From: Podarcis muralis
Lineage: Eukaryota
Assembly (NCBI RefSeq): GCF_964188315.1
Contig: NC_135656.1
Span: 30,070,001 to 30,134,000 of the forward strand
Reading direction: 5' to 3'
DNA: 64,000 nt
Both the position numbers and the translations under genes were made by a program. This document shows, in pieces, positions 48,807-61,036 of this stretch; the stretch's first letter is position 1; every line of letters starts with the position of its first letter. Under the pieces are notes generated by a model. That model made no database searches, was not told the origin of the DNA, and worked only from the letters and a program-made list of their open reading frames with translations.

Positions 48807-51800
48807 ATTTCTGCTCTCTAAGAAGACCATTCGCCTTGCACTGATGCAGTTACGACATTGCAACGCCTGGTCCTCACTCCCCACCGCTTCCCGCATCTAT
48901 GATTTTGCTTTCTGCGCCTGTCCCAGGGGCTGTTGTTGTTGTTCCACAACTTCGGGAGGTCTTTTTGGACGGAATCTGGAATCTGTATAGGATAGCAGAC
49001 AGCCAGGCCTCAAATCCGTGCCACCACTTGGCTGCAGCCTGGAGGGGAGTGGGAGTACAGCGGGGTGAGGGAGAGTGGAATGGGAGAAGAAATAACCAGC
49101 CTGTCCCTATGACTATGCAGAAGGTATGCAGATCCCCTTGCTGTATTAACCAGAGCCAGCGTCTACCTCTGAGCTTAGGAGGAAGCCGGGTTTCCCAAAG
49201 GCAGGACTTGTTGGTTTCGGTGAATATCAGTTTACCTATCTATATAAGCATTGGACGCCAGGAGCAGCCCTTTCCCACCTTCTCTGTGACATCATGGATT
49301 CGTTCACCCAGATTTAGTGAAACTTTTGATCAGCCTAACACAGTTTTGAATACCTCTCAAACGCAATACATTTCCCTCACCTCAAAGAACCCTGGGAACT
49401 GCAGTTTGCTAAGGTTGCTGGGAATTGTAATTCTGTGAGGGGTTAACTACAATGCCCAGGAATCTTTTGTGGTAGTGGGAATGTGCTTTAAATTGGCTTT
49501 GTGGTGTGTAGGCAATCAAAGACTAGCCTTGTGAGAAAGAGAAAAGGAACAGCTCTTGGTCCTTTCTCTCTCTCCCATTAGATAGAAAAGCCCCAGGACC
49601 GGTTCAACTGCAGACAAAAGTGATTTTGTGGGAGGCAACGCGATGATCTGTGCCAAGCCTGGAACAGGTGGAGCAACCAGTTAACATGGGAGAAATGAAC
49701 CACTTCAATGGGCGGAGAAGGGTATGATTTTCTGAATCTCCCCTTGACCTTCCCCAGAGAAGTGGTTCCAGACTTCCCTTAGTGCTCGAACCTGCTGTCA
49801 GAATCAGGATTTAACAGTATCCATAAAGCACGGAGGGAATTGCTATTGCAGAGCACACCCAACCCCCCTCGCTCTCTAAATGGCACCCGTGAGAAAGGGT
49901 GCCACCCACGAGCATGTCCTGAGTTCCTTCCAAGAGCCGCTGAGGAACCTCACACAACATGCAAGACAAATGAGACTAGCAGCCATTGTCAGGCTTGCCA
50001 TTTCTCCTCCAATGTCCCGTGCCAATGATCAGCGACATAACATAGAAATCCAACAGGTAATGCTTTCAGATATTCAGATGTAGCAACCGGATTGTGGGGG
50101 CGGGGTGATGACAGCCAGAACAGGTGGATTGACTTCCAGGCACCTTTATTTTGTAGGGACAGGTCACTGGGGCTGTCCTAACACGACATGCAGAAGCTGC
50201 TCCCTTCCTACTCTGTGTCAATTAATCCTGAATATCGACGATTACCAAGGCGGTTTGGGTAGGCTGTTAAAAAGATGTTGTTTAATGCGGACTAGTTACT
50301 TTGCAAGTCTTTTCCGAGTGTCCCCACCCCACCTCCCGCGTCTTGAGCCCCTGCCTTCCGCTTTCGAAGCAAGAAAGGGACTCCAACCAACCACACGACC
50401 GTTGGTGGTTTCCTACTTAACAGAAAGCTAGGGAGCGGATGCAGCGCTTTGAGGACGGGCGCAGCCCCAAAGCGGGGGGGGGGGGGGGGGAGATCTCAGA
50501 CAGGCTTAGAAAGGGAGAGAAGGAAATCGGCTACAGCTGTGCTCTTCAGAGTGCTGACAGGACTAAGAATGAAACACACACACTTCCGGCAGCAGTCTTG
50601 TAGTGACATCTCCTTTCGCAGGTAAGAGCGCACTGCCCCGTCAGCGTCTGTACACGTGTCACTCTCTCTGCAAACCGTGGAACTTAGGCAGCATGACAGA
50701 CTATATATATAAAAAAGTTGGAAAGTGGGCAGAGCGAAGGGTGAAATAACTATTTGCTCATAACCTCAAATCTCCCCCTCTCTCGCCCTTCTCTGTGCAT
50801 ATCAGCCTCCGGAGCGCTTGTTGTCGGAGAGAGGAAGCACCTGAAATCCACGGATCTCGTAAATATCGAGGGTGGAGAGAACAAAAAGCAGCTCGAGAAG
50901 TTCGGGAAGACTGGGGTTCACAAGCAAATTCAAACGGAGCGCGAGAACTTCAGGGCAAGATAATTAAAACGGCCTGGATTAGGCGGGCTTTGTGGACTGG
51001 GCTCTTCTGAGCGTCTGTTTTGAGGTTCTTACTTGGTTTTAAACAAGGGAACGTAGAGTCGTTTGCAGCTTCTGATCCTGGCACGCAAACAGAATAGGTG
51101 TGTTCACTGCGATTCCACCCCCACCCCACCCCACCCCCGCTCCCCAAAACTCCCCGAAAGATTTTCCCTAGCTAAATGATAAGCGGGAGATGTAGGGCAC
51201 AGAGTATCGTTTGTACAGAACACAATGCACGCATTTTAGATTAATTAAAATAGTATTGGTGGGTGAAGGGTTATATGGATTAAGTTATGGTCGGAGATAA
51301 CAGCTGTCCAGGTCTCTCTCCCTCCTCCCGCCCCAGTGCTGTTTGTTAACTGATTTGCCACTGGGAACGGTTCCTTCAAAGAGCAGCTGAATCCACGCCC
51401 TACCCCTCCACCCCCGCCAGCACCTTTTGCCTCCACAAGACCACATAGGAAGCTGTTCGATTGGATTCCTCAGCCAGGTACAATATGGCGCAGTTATCTG
51501 TTGCCTTTGAAAGTGGAATGTCTCTTGCCTAGAAAGGAAGAGATGGGGTGGGTGGGAGTAAAGTTTGTTCTGGTCTTCTTGGGATTGGGACATTTCTCTC
51601 CTTGCCTTTATCAGTGCTAGGTGTGTGTCTGTAGGTAGGTGATGCTTGATAAACTGGATTCTCTCTCCAACTTCCCTCAAGGACATGGGCGCAGTCAAGG
51701 GGGGGTTCAAGTAAAACAATGGCAATACTTAACTAACTGACCGGTTCCGCCCCTCCTACAAAAGTCCTGTCCCCTTAACAAAGTAGCCTTACAAAAATCC

Positions 51801-52395
51801 TGGCTACTCCCATGCCCAAGGATTTCCATTGCAGGGTGTTTGCCCCACCCCGCGGCGAGAGATGGGCACGAGCAATTTCCTGCGTTTCTTTTAGCAAGAA
51901 ACTGGGGCTCTTGATTTCACAGTCCAAGCCATATGCATTTGGGCTTTTGTCTACACAAGACAGGGACATCGCATGAGCTTCTGCACTGAGCTATGGCCCT
52001 TCCCGCTGGTGAAGATAGTTTCATAGGATGGTTGCCCCCTTCTAATGCGTCCCATTTGACTGAAGGTTGGAGTCAGAAGACCCCAATTCAATTCGTATCC
52101 CCCAAAACAATGCAGATTAATTAATCCGGGGCAAAAGCACGAGTGCTCTCTCACTCTCATCGCCATGCACTGAAACACAGTGGCCAAGACACCCAGCTCT
52201 TTGAGACCCAAGTGTACGGCGCAGGAAACTCACTTCCCATGTCCCTGTAGTGATGAACATGCCCCTAACGCTGGGAAGCTCTAATACTGTAATATTAATC
52301 CATATTAGTGGAAACAACAACCTGAAGGCAGGGATGGCGTTTATTATAATCAGATAGCCAAATGCAGAATAAAAAACCGTGATCTAGTCAGGCAC

Positions 52396-52474
<79 letters not shown>
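52396..52474. repeat. (GAAA)n microsatellite
   Basis: Direct reading. Confidence 0.95.
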
Positions 52475-52475
<1 letters not shown>

Positions 52476-54224
52476 GGCTCTAGCAACAACCACATCGAGT
52501 CCCAGTCGGCTGTCCTCAGCCAGCCAATGACCCGCGAGCTGCGCGCCTATTGGCGCAGCGCCTCGCTGGCGCAGACTCAGTGCTCGCCGCGGTCAGTTTC
52601 CTTGCGCGTCCGGCGCTGCCTCTGATCTGCTGCGGCCGCCGAGACTCCCTGGCAATGGTTGCTTCTGTGTGTCTTGGCTTCAAGGGAAGGTTCCCGTGGC
52701 CGCTCAGCGGCGAGGACCGCAGCCGCTGCTTTGCAAGAAGGCGGCGAGGGGGGGGGGGGGGGGAGAGGAGAAGGAAAGTAAATATATATTCTGGTTTTTG
52801 CCCGAGTACTGTAACAGCAGCCCTAGCTGGGAACAGAAGAAATGCAAGCTTACGTCTTCAAGGAATGTTCACTAGCTGCTTTGGAGCTTCTTTTTCTCTC
52901 ATCCCACAATTTATTTTGGGGTGGGGGGTGGGGTGGGGGGGGAAGAAGTGGGATTTAGTGAGGATGCGCCTGTCTTTTAGAAATGAAGCTTTTTATCAGT
53001 TGTTGCCCAACATGTTAAATAAGACGGATGTGTTGTTGGCAACGTGGTTGTACATAGACATCCTGCGCGGCCAAGAGCTAGATTTTGGGGAGACTCGGGA
53101 TTCAAACCCCTTTTCAGCAGTTAAACTTACTGGTGATCCTGGGGCAGGCAGTCACCACTATTCGGATTGATTTACCTCGCAGGGTTGTTGTTCCGTTAAA
53201 ATGGAGGGAAGCATGCAGGCACTAGGCCCTGAATTCTCCGGAGAAGCGACTGAATTGAAATGTAATAAAAGAATAACAATATTTTCCTCTCCTTGAACAC
53301 TTATGACACCCCGACCTTAAAACACTTGGACTTAAATGGACTGATTTAAATGCAAACCTCTATGCAGGAACGCCTAAGCTGCAATCCTACAGTACTTGCG
53401 CGGGACCAATCCCCACTGAATTCAGTGGCACTTACTTCTGAGTAGGTGACTTATGGGTCGCTTCCAACAAAAAAAAAGTACCTAAGCGATTTACAAACAA
53501 GTTTAAAGACCCCTCCCCCAAGGAGTTCTATATATAAAGCAATACACTTCCATAAAGCCCCTGGCAGTAGGGTCAATGTTCAGTCAGGGATGATGGGATT
53601 TGTAGTCAAGCAGCAGACTTTGCGTCGTTCATATCGCCGCCTGCAGGAACCTCTTCTTTCTGAGCTGAGCCTGAAAGGAAATTCCATTGAAATCAGCGAA
53701 GATTCCCTTGCCACTAAATGTGCAGAAGATTAAGCCAAGAGAGTTCACAATCGGCACATTCAATATTGAGTGACTGCGACCTCAGGTAATGACTTACAGC
53801 CACCACCTCACGTCAGTTGGGTCACAGTGCTTTTTAATGGCAGCTTCTTAAACACCCAACTATGAGTCAGCCGGGGAAATAGAGGGTTTTGCTCCCGCAG
53901 GTGTGTATCCCTCGCCCCCTCATCTTTATTCCCTCGATTGTGAGTTGATTCTGTTATCAGTAACCCGGGGCGGGTGCTGAGTGCTTTACGATCCTTATCG
54001 CTTTCCTCTTATAACACGGATGTGTGATTTTACTTTGATATTTGCATTAAACAGATGAGTTGGAGAAATTTGAAGAGCGCCCTGTTTTTAATGGGACAGG
54101 CCATTTATGGCAAGACTCACTGCTGATCAGTATGATAGAAAAGCGATTTAAGTTCCCAGGGAGTGTGACAAAGGCCCCACCTGCATTATAGATTTAAAAC
54201 AGTATCCTGCCCCATGTCCCCCCT

Positions 54225-54450
54225 CCCCCAATAATCCTGGGAACTGTAGTTAGTTAACACTGAAGGTTGTTAGGAAGCCTCTGTTCCCTTCACAGAGGTA
54301 CAATTCCCAGAATTCCCTGGCAAGAGGGGAACCATTCTGGGATCTGTAGCTTTGGAAGAGGAGCAGGTGCCTCCTGAAAATTCTCAGCACCCTTAACGAA
54401 CTACAGTTCCCAGGATTCTTGGAGGAAAGCCAAGACTGTGTAAAGTGAAT
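54225..54450. mobile_element. Palindromic MITE (related partial copies at ~33597-33700 and ~49375-49490)
   Basis: atcctgggaactgtagtt...aactacagttcccaggatt inverted repeat. Confidence 0.75.
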
Positions 54451-54525
54451 CATAGAATCATAGAGTTGGAAGAGACCACAAGGGCCATCGAGTCCAACCC
54501 CCTGCCAAGCAGGAAGTGGTCTGAT
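54450..54525 (-). mobile_element. CR1-type 3' tail
   Basis: catagaatcatagagttggaagagaccacaagggccatcgagtccaaccccctgc. Confidence 0.75.
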
Positions 54526-57507
54526 GCGGCTTTAAATACATAGTGCAGATGGGGTCATAGAGAAAGAGAGGGGGGGAGGAGAAGCCTCTTCTCCATGGTT
54601 TGAAATATAAATGGGTGAAGAGTCTGTTGCCCTCGGTACTTCGTTGGATTCCAGCTCCTGTAAGCCTCAGTCCGTATAGCCAGCGGTCAAGGACGAAGTG
54701 ATTCTCAGTTAAGCAACATTTGGAAGAAAAGGAATTCCCCACCCTTGCTATAAAGGCAAAATCGATTTGCAGGGCAACTCTGAGTTCAAAGTTGAGACTC
54801 TGCGATCTACAGAACTTACCCTCGATTCAGTTAATATAAGATGGGAGCTTTAGCCCTGAGGTTAAAGCAGTATGTGTAACCTGATCCCCTCGATTTTATC
54901 CCGAAGTAAATCTCACAGGATCCAATAGGTCTAACTCCCATGGACGTGCGTGCAATACTGAAGCCCAAGCCTCCGCATGAAACCAAGAGCTTTAAACAGG
55001 AGACTGGCAACTCGCAACAGGTCTGAATTCATTCCAGAATAACTACCATCCTTTGCTTCTACTGATAAAGGAGGTTTAGAATTTCGACAGAACAGGCGCA
55101 CTGTGTAAAGTGGTCTGATGGTGAAGTCAGCCTTCTTCTGACCAACCTGGTGCCCTCCAGATGTTTTGGACTACAATTCCCATGAGCCTCAGCTAGCACA
55201 GTCGCATATCTGATAGAGGAGTGGCCTGATGGAAGTGGCAGTCCGACGGATGCGGAGGACTCCCGCTGGGCGAACACTGAGATAAGGGGGAACCGGATCA
55301 TGCAAATAAGCGCTTCAGTAATTCCCAGGGGGTGAGGCCGGCACTCCTTTTCCTTCCTGCTGGTGGTCACTGTCTCGCCTCTCCCCGCCGCCTCTTTCTG
55401 ACTTCTCTGGTGAACTGGACGAGGCTTTTTTAAAAGGCCTTTAAGGGTTGCCCTCTGACTCTGCCGTGGGCTGCAGGGGGTCTCCTTGCCCCCAGGCTGC
55501 GGGGAAGGGTCTTGGTTGGCCGCAGCCCAGCCAGGGTCAGCCCTCGTTGACCTCCGTCCCCTCTCGCCCAACTTCCCCCCTTCCAGGTCCCCGCGGCCGG
55601 GGGTCTCCCTCCTTTCCGCTTCATTCTTCTCACACCACCCCTCAGCCCCGGGGCAGCCAAGCGCGTTGATGGGATTGAGCAGAAACCCGCTGGGTCCTGC
55701 CTTGGACGGGCCGCCCAGAGACGGCAGCCCCTGGCTCCGAAGCAACGCTGGCCTGCAGGGGAAGAAGGGCAGCTCTTCCAGGCCGCCACCTGCTCAAGCC
55801 GGCCGGCGCTGCCCAAAAATAAAAAATAGAAAAGTCCTGCTCAACTCAAGCGAGAACCCTCAGCACAGACTAGGCAGCCACAAGGGCGAGCGACGGGAAG
55901 GTCCGGCCCGTGCTTCTTGCGCACCGCTCCCTTCGCGTCTGCTGGATGCTACTAAAGCAGACTTGGTTACAAGAAGGAATGGATTGGACGGGTCCTGCTT
56001 TGTGGGGGCGGATGCTAAATACAGCCAGGGGAGGTTCGGGTTCCTCGGTTCAGGGTCGTGACCTTCCCTCCGCTTGTTTGGAGACCAAATGCACAACGCG
56101 CGGGCCTTGGCTCTGCTTTGGCCTTCCCGGCCAAGTGTTTTCAACAAATGGAGGACCCCATCGGATTGGGCGGCTGGGTAAGAGGTGAACTCACTACGAA
56201 GCAAGGCAGTGTGGGTGTATGGGGAAATTTAGGGGCGAATCCTGATAAGCTAAGGTTTTTCTTGGAGGGAGGGGATTTAAGATTGCCCAACTCATTCTAG
56301 GGAAAGCCTGAAGGCGGTGTGAAAGGCAAAGGGGAGACTGCATTGTTTTTCTGCTCCACAAAATTACAATTTATTTATTTTTTTAAAAAGAGAAATATCA
56401 TAGGATCTGATCTGTTTTAACAAAAATGGTTGCAAGTGGGATGCACATCTGTCCAATAGAACAAAGATTTCAGGAAAAGTAAAAATTTAAGAAATGTAAA
56501 ATCTCCAGGAACTGAAGAAAAACTCATATTCGGGCTGGGATTAAGAATCCCAAGGGCAGACCAGGGAATGTTTGCTGGGGATATCTCAGTTCTTCAGCAG
56601 GGAGAAATTCGCTGACCCCTCTTCACATCCCCCGATCCCAGCTAAGGGCGCTGCTATCTTCTGTTGCCCTCTCGGTTTGGTACACTGTGCTCAGACTAGC
56701 TTCCTTCCTACCAACCCTAAAAAAACCCTGGGCGTTTGGGTGTCATCAGCACCGCACACTAGCCAACTGAGCTATCCAGGACAATAGCTCTCCCCCGTTG
56801 TTGTTCCTCAGACTTACTGCCACCAGCAGCGGAGTCAGAACTTAGCTGTCGTGCCTAGTAGCTATTGATAGCCTTGCCCAGCATGGCTTGGCCTGGCTTT
56901 CCTCTTTAAAGCCGCCCGAGTTGGTGGCCAGCGCTACATCCCGTTGCAGCGAGCTCCACCGGCTATAGAGACACTAATTATGTGGATAATGATAATGATC
57001 ACCCTCATCAGATGAGAGTGCCTTTAACTGGCCAGGGCGATGGTTTTCCCCAGACCCAAGCCCTTGCAAAGGCATCTCTGCGTAGCATTTGGTGTTTGGC
57101 TCCTCTCCCAGAGGGGTGACGCAGGCTGAAGGGACACGGGTGCGGGCCAGGAGGCACCTTTGCCCCAGGCAGGAAGCTGCGGCTGCCTTGTCCACGTGTC
57201 GCCTCCCTGTCACTTGCAAAACAGCCCCCGCCCCCTCCCCTCTGCCTCGCTCGCAGAGACAGAACGGCTGACAGGAGGAGAGACGCGCGCCGTATTTATT
57301 GGGTTAGTCGCGCCCTTTGCCCCCATAAACCACACACCAAAGCACTCACTCGCGACCCCATCCCTCTACGCCAGAGGTAACCAACGCGGTGCCCTCCAGA
57401 CGGTGTTGGATTAACAGCCACCAACAGCGTCAAGCAAAATAGTTAATGGTGTGAGGGATGATGAGAGTTGTAGCTCAACAACTTCTGGCGCCAACCACCC
57501 TGACTAG

Positions 57508-57640
57508 TGGACAGCTCATTTGGTTAGACCGTGGTGCTGACAGTGCCAAGGTTGCAGGTTCGATTCCGTATGGGGCAACCGCATATTCCTAGATGATCTT
57601 CAGGGTCCCTCTCAACTCTACAGTTCTATGATTCTATGAC
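57508..57640 (+). mobile_element. tRNA-Ile-like SINE with a CR1 tail
   Basis: agctcatttggttagaccgtggtgctga...gccaaggttgcaGGTTCGATTCCgta, then ctagatgatc...caactctacagttctatgattctatga. Confidence 0.78.
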
Positions 57641-59355
57641 AGTCTTGCTCTACACTTACTGCTAACCTGACATCATCTCCTACAAGCAAGACTCCTTGCG
57701 CTGCCACGATTCAGTTCTGTTCACCTCCTGGTGATTTCCCGTCCATAGTAACTGCTACCCCTGACCCCACGCTCGCATCAAGAACATTCACAACATCCCT
57801 CGATCCATTAGCATGTTGTGAGAGGGGACTCCAGCAGCCCTTAGGGCTCATGATGGGACAGGACAATTTGGTGGTCACAAATCGGGATAAAATTGACACC
57901 CGTCAGCGTTTTTATGCTGCAAGGATTCCTCTCGCGTCTCACCCACATCCATTCAAGCTGCACAGATGCACATCAAGAGTCCAGAGGAAAAAAGCAAAAC
58001 GCAAAAGAGACACAGCTGTCTAAATACACGGAGGCGCCCACAGACTCTTGCAAGGGGCACTCCTGAGCATCATCAAGCGAAAGGTGAGATCCTAGCTTTA
58101 CACAATTCCTCGAAGTCCATGTTCATTGCACCCGCTGAGTCTTACTTTCCAGATGGCACGTTGAAGATTGGGCTGCATTTACTTACCTGGAAGACCCTCT
58201 CTTTGGAATGAGAGATTGTCCTGGTGTTCATATGAATGAGCGCTGCAGAACCGTGGCACGTGCCCTGCGCCCACACACAAATGCACACAGGCCACAAAGC
58301 GCAACAAAGGCACGCCTCTGCACATACATGCTCCGCTCGCCCACTTATTTAATACCTGCACACCTCAGGTTCATTCACAGAGGCACAGGCGGAGAAAGAC
58401 ACGCCTCCCTCGCTGCACACCTTCGTTTCAACACCCGCGCACTCACCACCGAGCTTCTTCGAAGCTATTGGCTGACCTCTATGGACACAACGGGGAAATG
58501 GGTTTCAAATGCGGAGGAAATGCGCAAAGGGGCGGGGCGGAGCTGGCTGGGTGAGCCAAGTGGAAAAAAAGGAAAAAAGGAAGGTGCTTCTGTCCACGCG
58601 AGGAACATCGGGAGCTACCTTCAGTCTAGTCAGTTCACTGATCCTTCTACCTCAATATTGCTTACACGGGCTAGCAGCCAGCGGCTCTCCAGGATTTCAA
58701 GCAGGGAGGGAGCCGTTCCCAGCGCTACCCAGAGATGACTGAACTTGACACCTTCTGCATGAAAAGCAGATACTCTTTAATTGAGCTGTGATCCTTTACC
58801 AATTTGCAAAAGAATAAAAGAGAGTTAGATTGACTCGATCGTCTTCCTGGAGCCTGCATTCAGGTCCACCTCGGCTTAAAGTTTATATGGATTTCGTGGT
58901 ATGTAGAAACGGACCATGCCACGAACCTAAAGCTCAGCTCGACAATAATTATTTCTTTATTTTATTTTGTTTTATTTTTTTGTCCTCCTGCTTGCTGTGA
59001 GGTCATGTGCGTAAACTCTGCAGTTACATGAGCCCTCTCGGGTTGATTTTGGAAAAAACCATCACCTACAACGGAAATCCCGACTGCTTGGGAAATGGCA
59101 CCGTGTGTCGTCCCTTCTGCGTGAGTGTTGCGCGCATTTCGCCCACCGACGCCGGAACCGCTTCTTCTCTACTCGCACCGACCAGTAAGTCTCCGGCGCA
59201 GCCCTACAGCAATCTCTTCGGCTAGCTTCGCGCCTCCGCGACGCCCCCCGCTGGTTCTCCCGGGCCACGCGAGCACGCGCGAGACGCCACCTGACTCGGG
59301 CATTCCCTCCAATCGCCGCGCAGGCGCGCCAGGATCCGAGCACCACAGGCTTGTC

Positions 59356-59359
<4 letters not shown>

Positions 59360-59414
<55 letters not shown>
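59360..59414. repeat. (TG)n microsatellite
   Basis: Direct reading. Confidence 0.95.
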
Positions 59415-59415
<1 letters not shown>

Positions 59416-59768
59416 GGGTACGCTGTTTGCACGCTGCGCGCTCGTTACTGCATCGTCTGTATAGTATATCTATATCAGAATGCGCACTGTTGGTTCGTTC
59501 TTCCCTGTCGTCTGCCTCCAGGCTGTTTCCCATACAGCCTCGGTATGAATATGGTGATCTATATCCCCAGGCTGCCGAATGAGATGTTTGGGAAGCGGGG
59601 GTGGGGTGGGGGGGTGAGGGATCGACAGGCAGCCAGCCAGCTAGCCAGCCAGCCTTGGGGAGATCCCCATTTGGAACGCAGAACAGGCCCCTCCTCCTCT
59701 TATTTCCAGCCCTTTGGCCGAGGCATCCCGGGCAGTTCTCTTCTCGGTCCTCCTCCTCCTCCTCCACC

Positions 59769-59771
<3 letters not shown>

Positions 59772-59826
<55 letters not shown>
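59772..59826. repeat. (CT)n microsatellite
   Basis: Direct reading. Confidence 0.95.
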
Positions 59827-59831
<5 letters not shown>

Positions 59832-60977
59832 CGCACTGCAAATACAGCTCTAATGGGGAAAACATCGCCTTAGCTGCTCTCCCGCACACCCCGCCCAGCG
59901 CTGCGGTCTCCTAACGCTCTCCTGGTCCCCGATTTCAGCTCCGAGCCCGCCGAGACAAAAGCCACGCGTCGTGGCGCGCGGGGGGAGGAAACAGGTGTTT
60001 GGCAGCCCCTGTTCCATTAAATAAACACGCGCACACAAAGAGAGAGCCCGGGAGGGAGGGGAGAAGAGGCTGGGGGGGGGGAGGCGAGCCGGGGAGAAGG
60101 GGGAGCTAATTTATCACGCTGCTAACGATCCTAAATGGAACTGCTGGCATTTTTTTCTTCATAAAATCGCAATGCTAGACCGTTTTATTTCCACTTTCAC
60201 ACAGGCGCACGCACTCGCTCCAAGACAGTCAAAATTGCAGCCAGATGGAGGGAGCCAAGGTGGAAGAGAAAGCCTTTACCTTATTTCTCCAAGCGGAGGC
60301 GCGCGGACATTGGGGAAGCTCAGATGTCCCAGCAAGGCGATTGGAAACGGAACAGGCATTTCGCACCGGAGCCTACAAGCTATTCTAGTCTGTACTGTGC
60401 TTTTTTTTGGGGGGGGGAGCAGGTAGAGGTGTGAGGGACAGACGGTGAAAACCCAACGGGGTGCGTGGAATAGACACGGGGGTTACTCCAGAGTTGGCCT
60501 GTTACTATACAGTATTGTTTATCCCAGTGGCAATAAGAAAACAGAGAGTGAGGAGATGGTTATGCGAGGCAAACCTCACCCTTCCTCTAAACTTTATACT
60601 GCTAAATTCAAGTTTTGTACTATAATTCTGATCCCAACGCCAAAGCTGTTTCGTTTTTGGAAATAAACCTGCCCTAAAAACCCTGTCCCCATATTGTTCA
60701 GAAGCATGTTGAATATTGCTGCCTTTGCTAGTCAAGTTTACCATTCAGAGGAATCCCTCCTATGCAGAGATTGATTGATTGATTGATTGATGACTGCTGA
60801 AGCCATAAAAGCCAATACGTAAGATCGTGGAGATAAATGCTGGGTTTCAGCTAGAATGGAAAGCACCGCACACCCTTGACACTGATATCACGTGCGTACC
60901 TAACTAAGCAATCTTACTATTGCTGTCCGATTTATTTTGCTCAAGCACTGTGCTAGGAGCTGCACAAAACTCTTTAC

Positions 60978-60981
<4 letters not shown>

Positions 60982-61032
<51 letters not shown>
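60982..61032. repeat. (AT)n microsatellite
   Basis: Direct reading. Confidence 0.95.

Positions 61033-61036
<4 letters not shown>

Noticed and set aside
57508-57575. tRNA-Ile-like gene
   Set aside because: The anticodon arm is degenerate and a CR1 tail is attached. It is a SINE.
58180-58190. TACTTACCTGG matching the 5' end of U1 snRNA
   Set aside because: Only 11 nt match and the rest of U1 is absent.
32612-59853. Long ORFs in the GC-rich half (e.g. 32612-33298, 37770-38399, 45938-46597, 52550-53170, 55059-55745, 59125-59853)
   Set aside because: Long ORFs are expected in stop-poor GC-rich or microsatellite DNA. Most lack an ATG start and none resembles a known protein.
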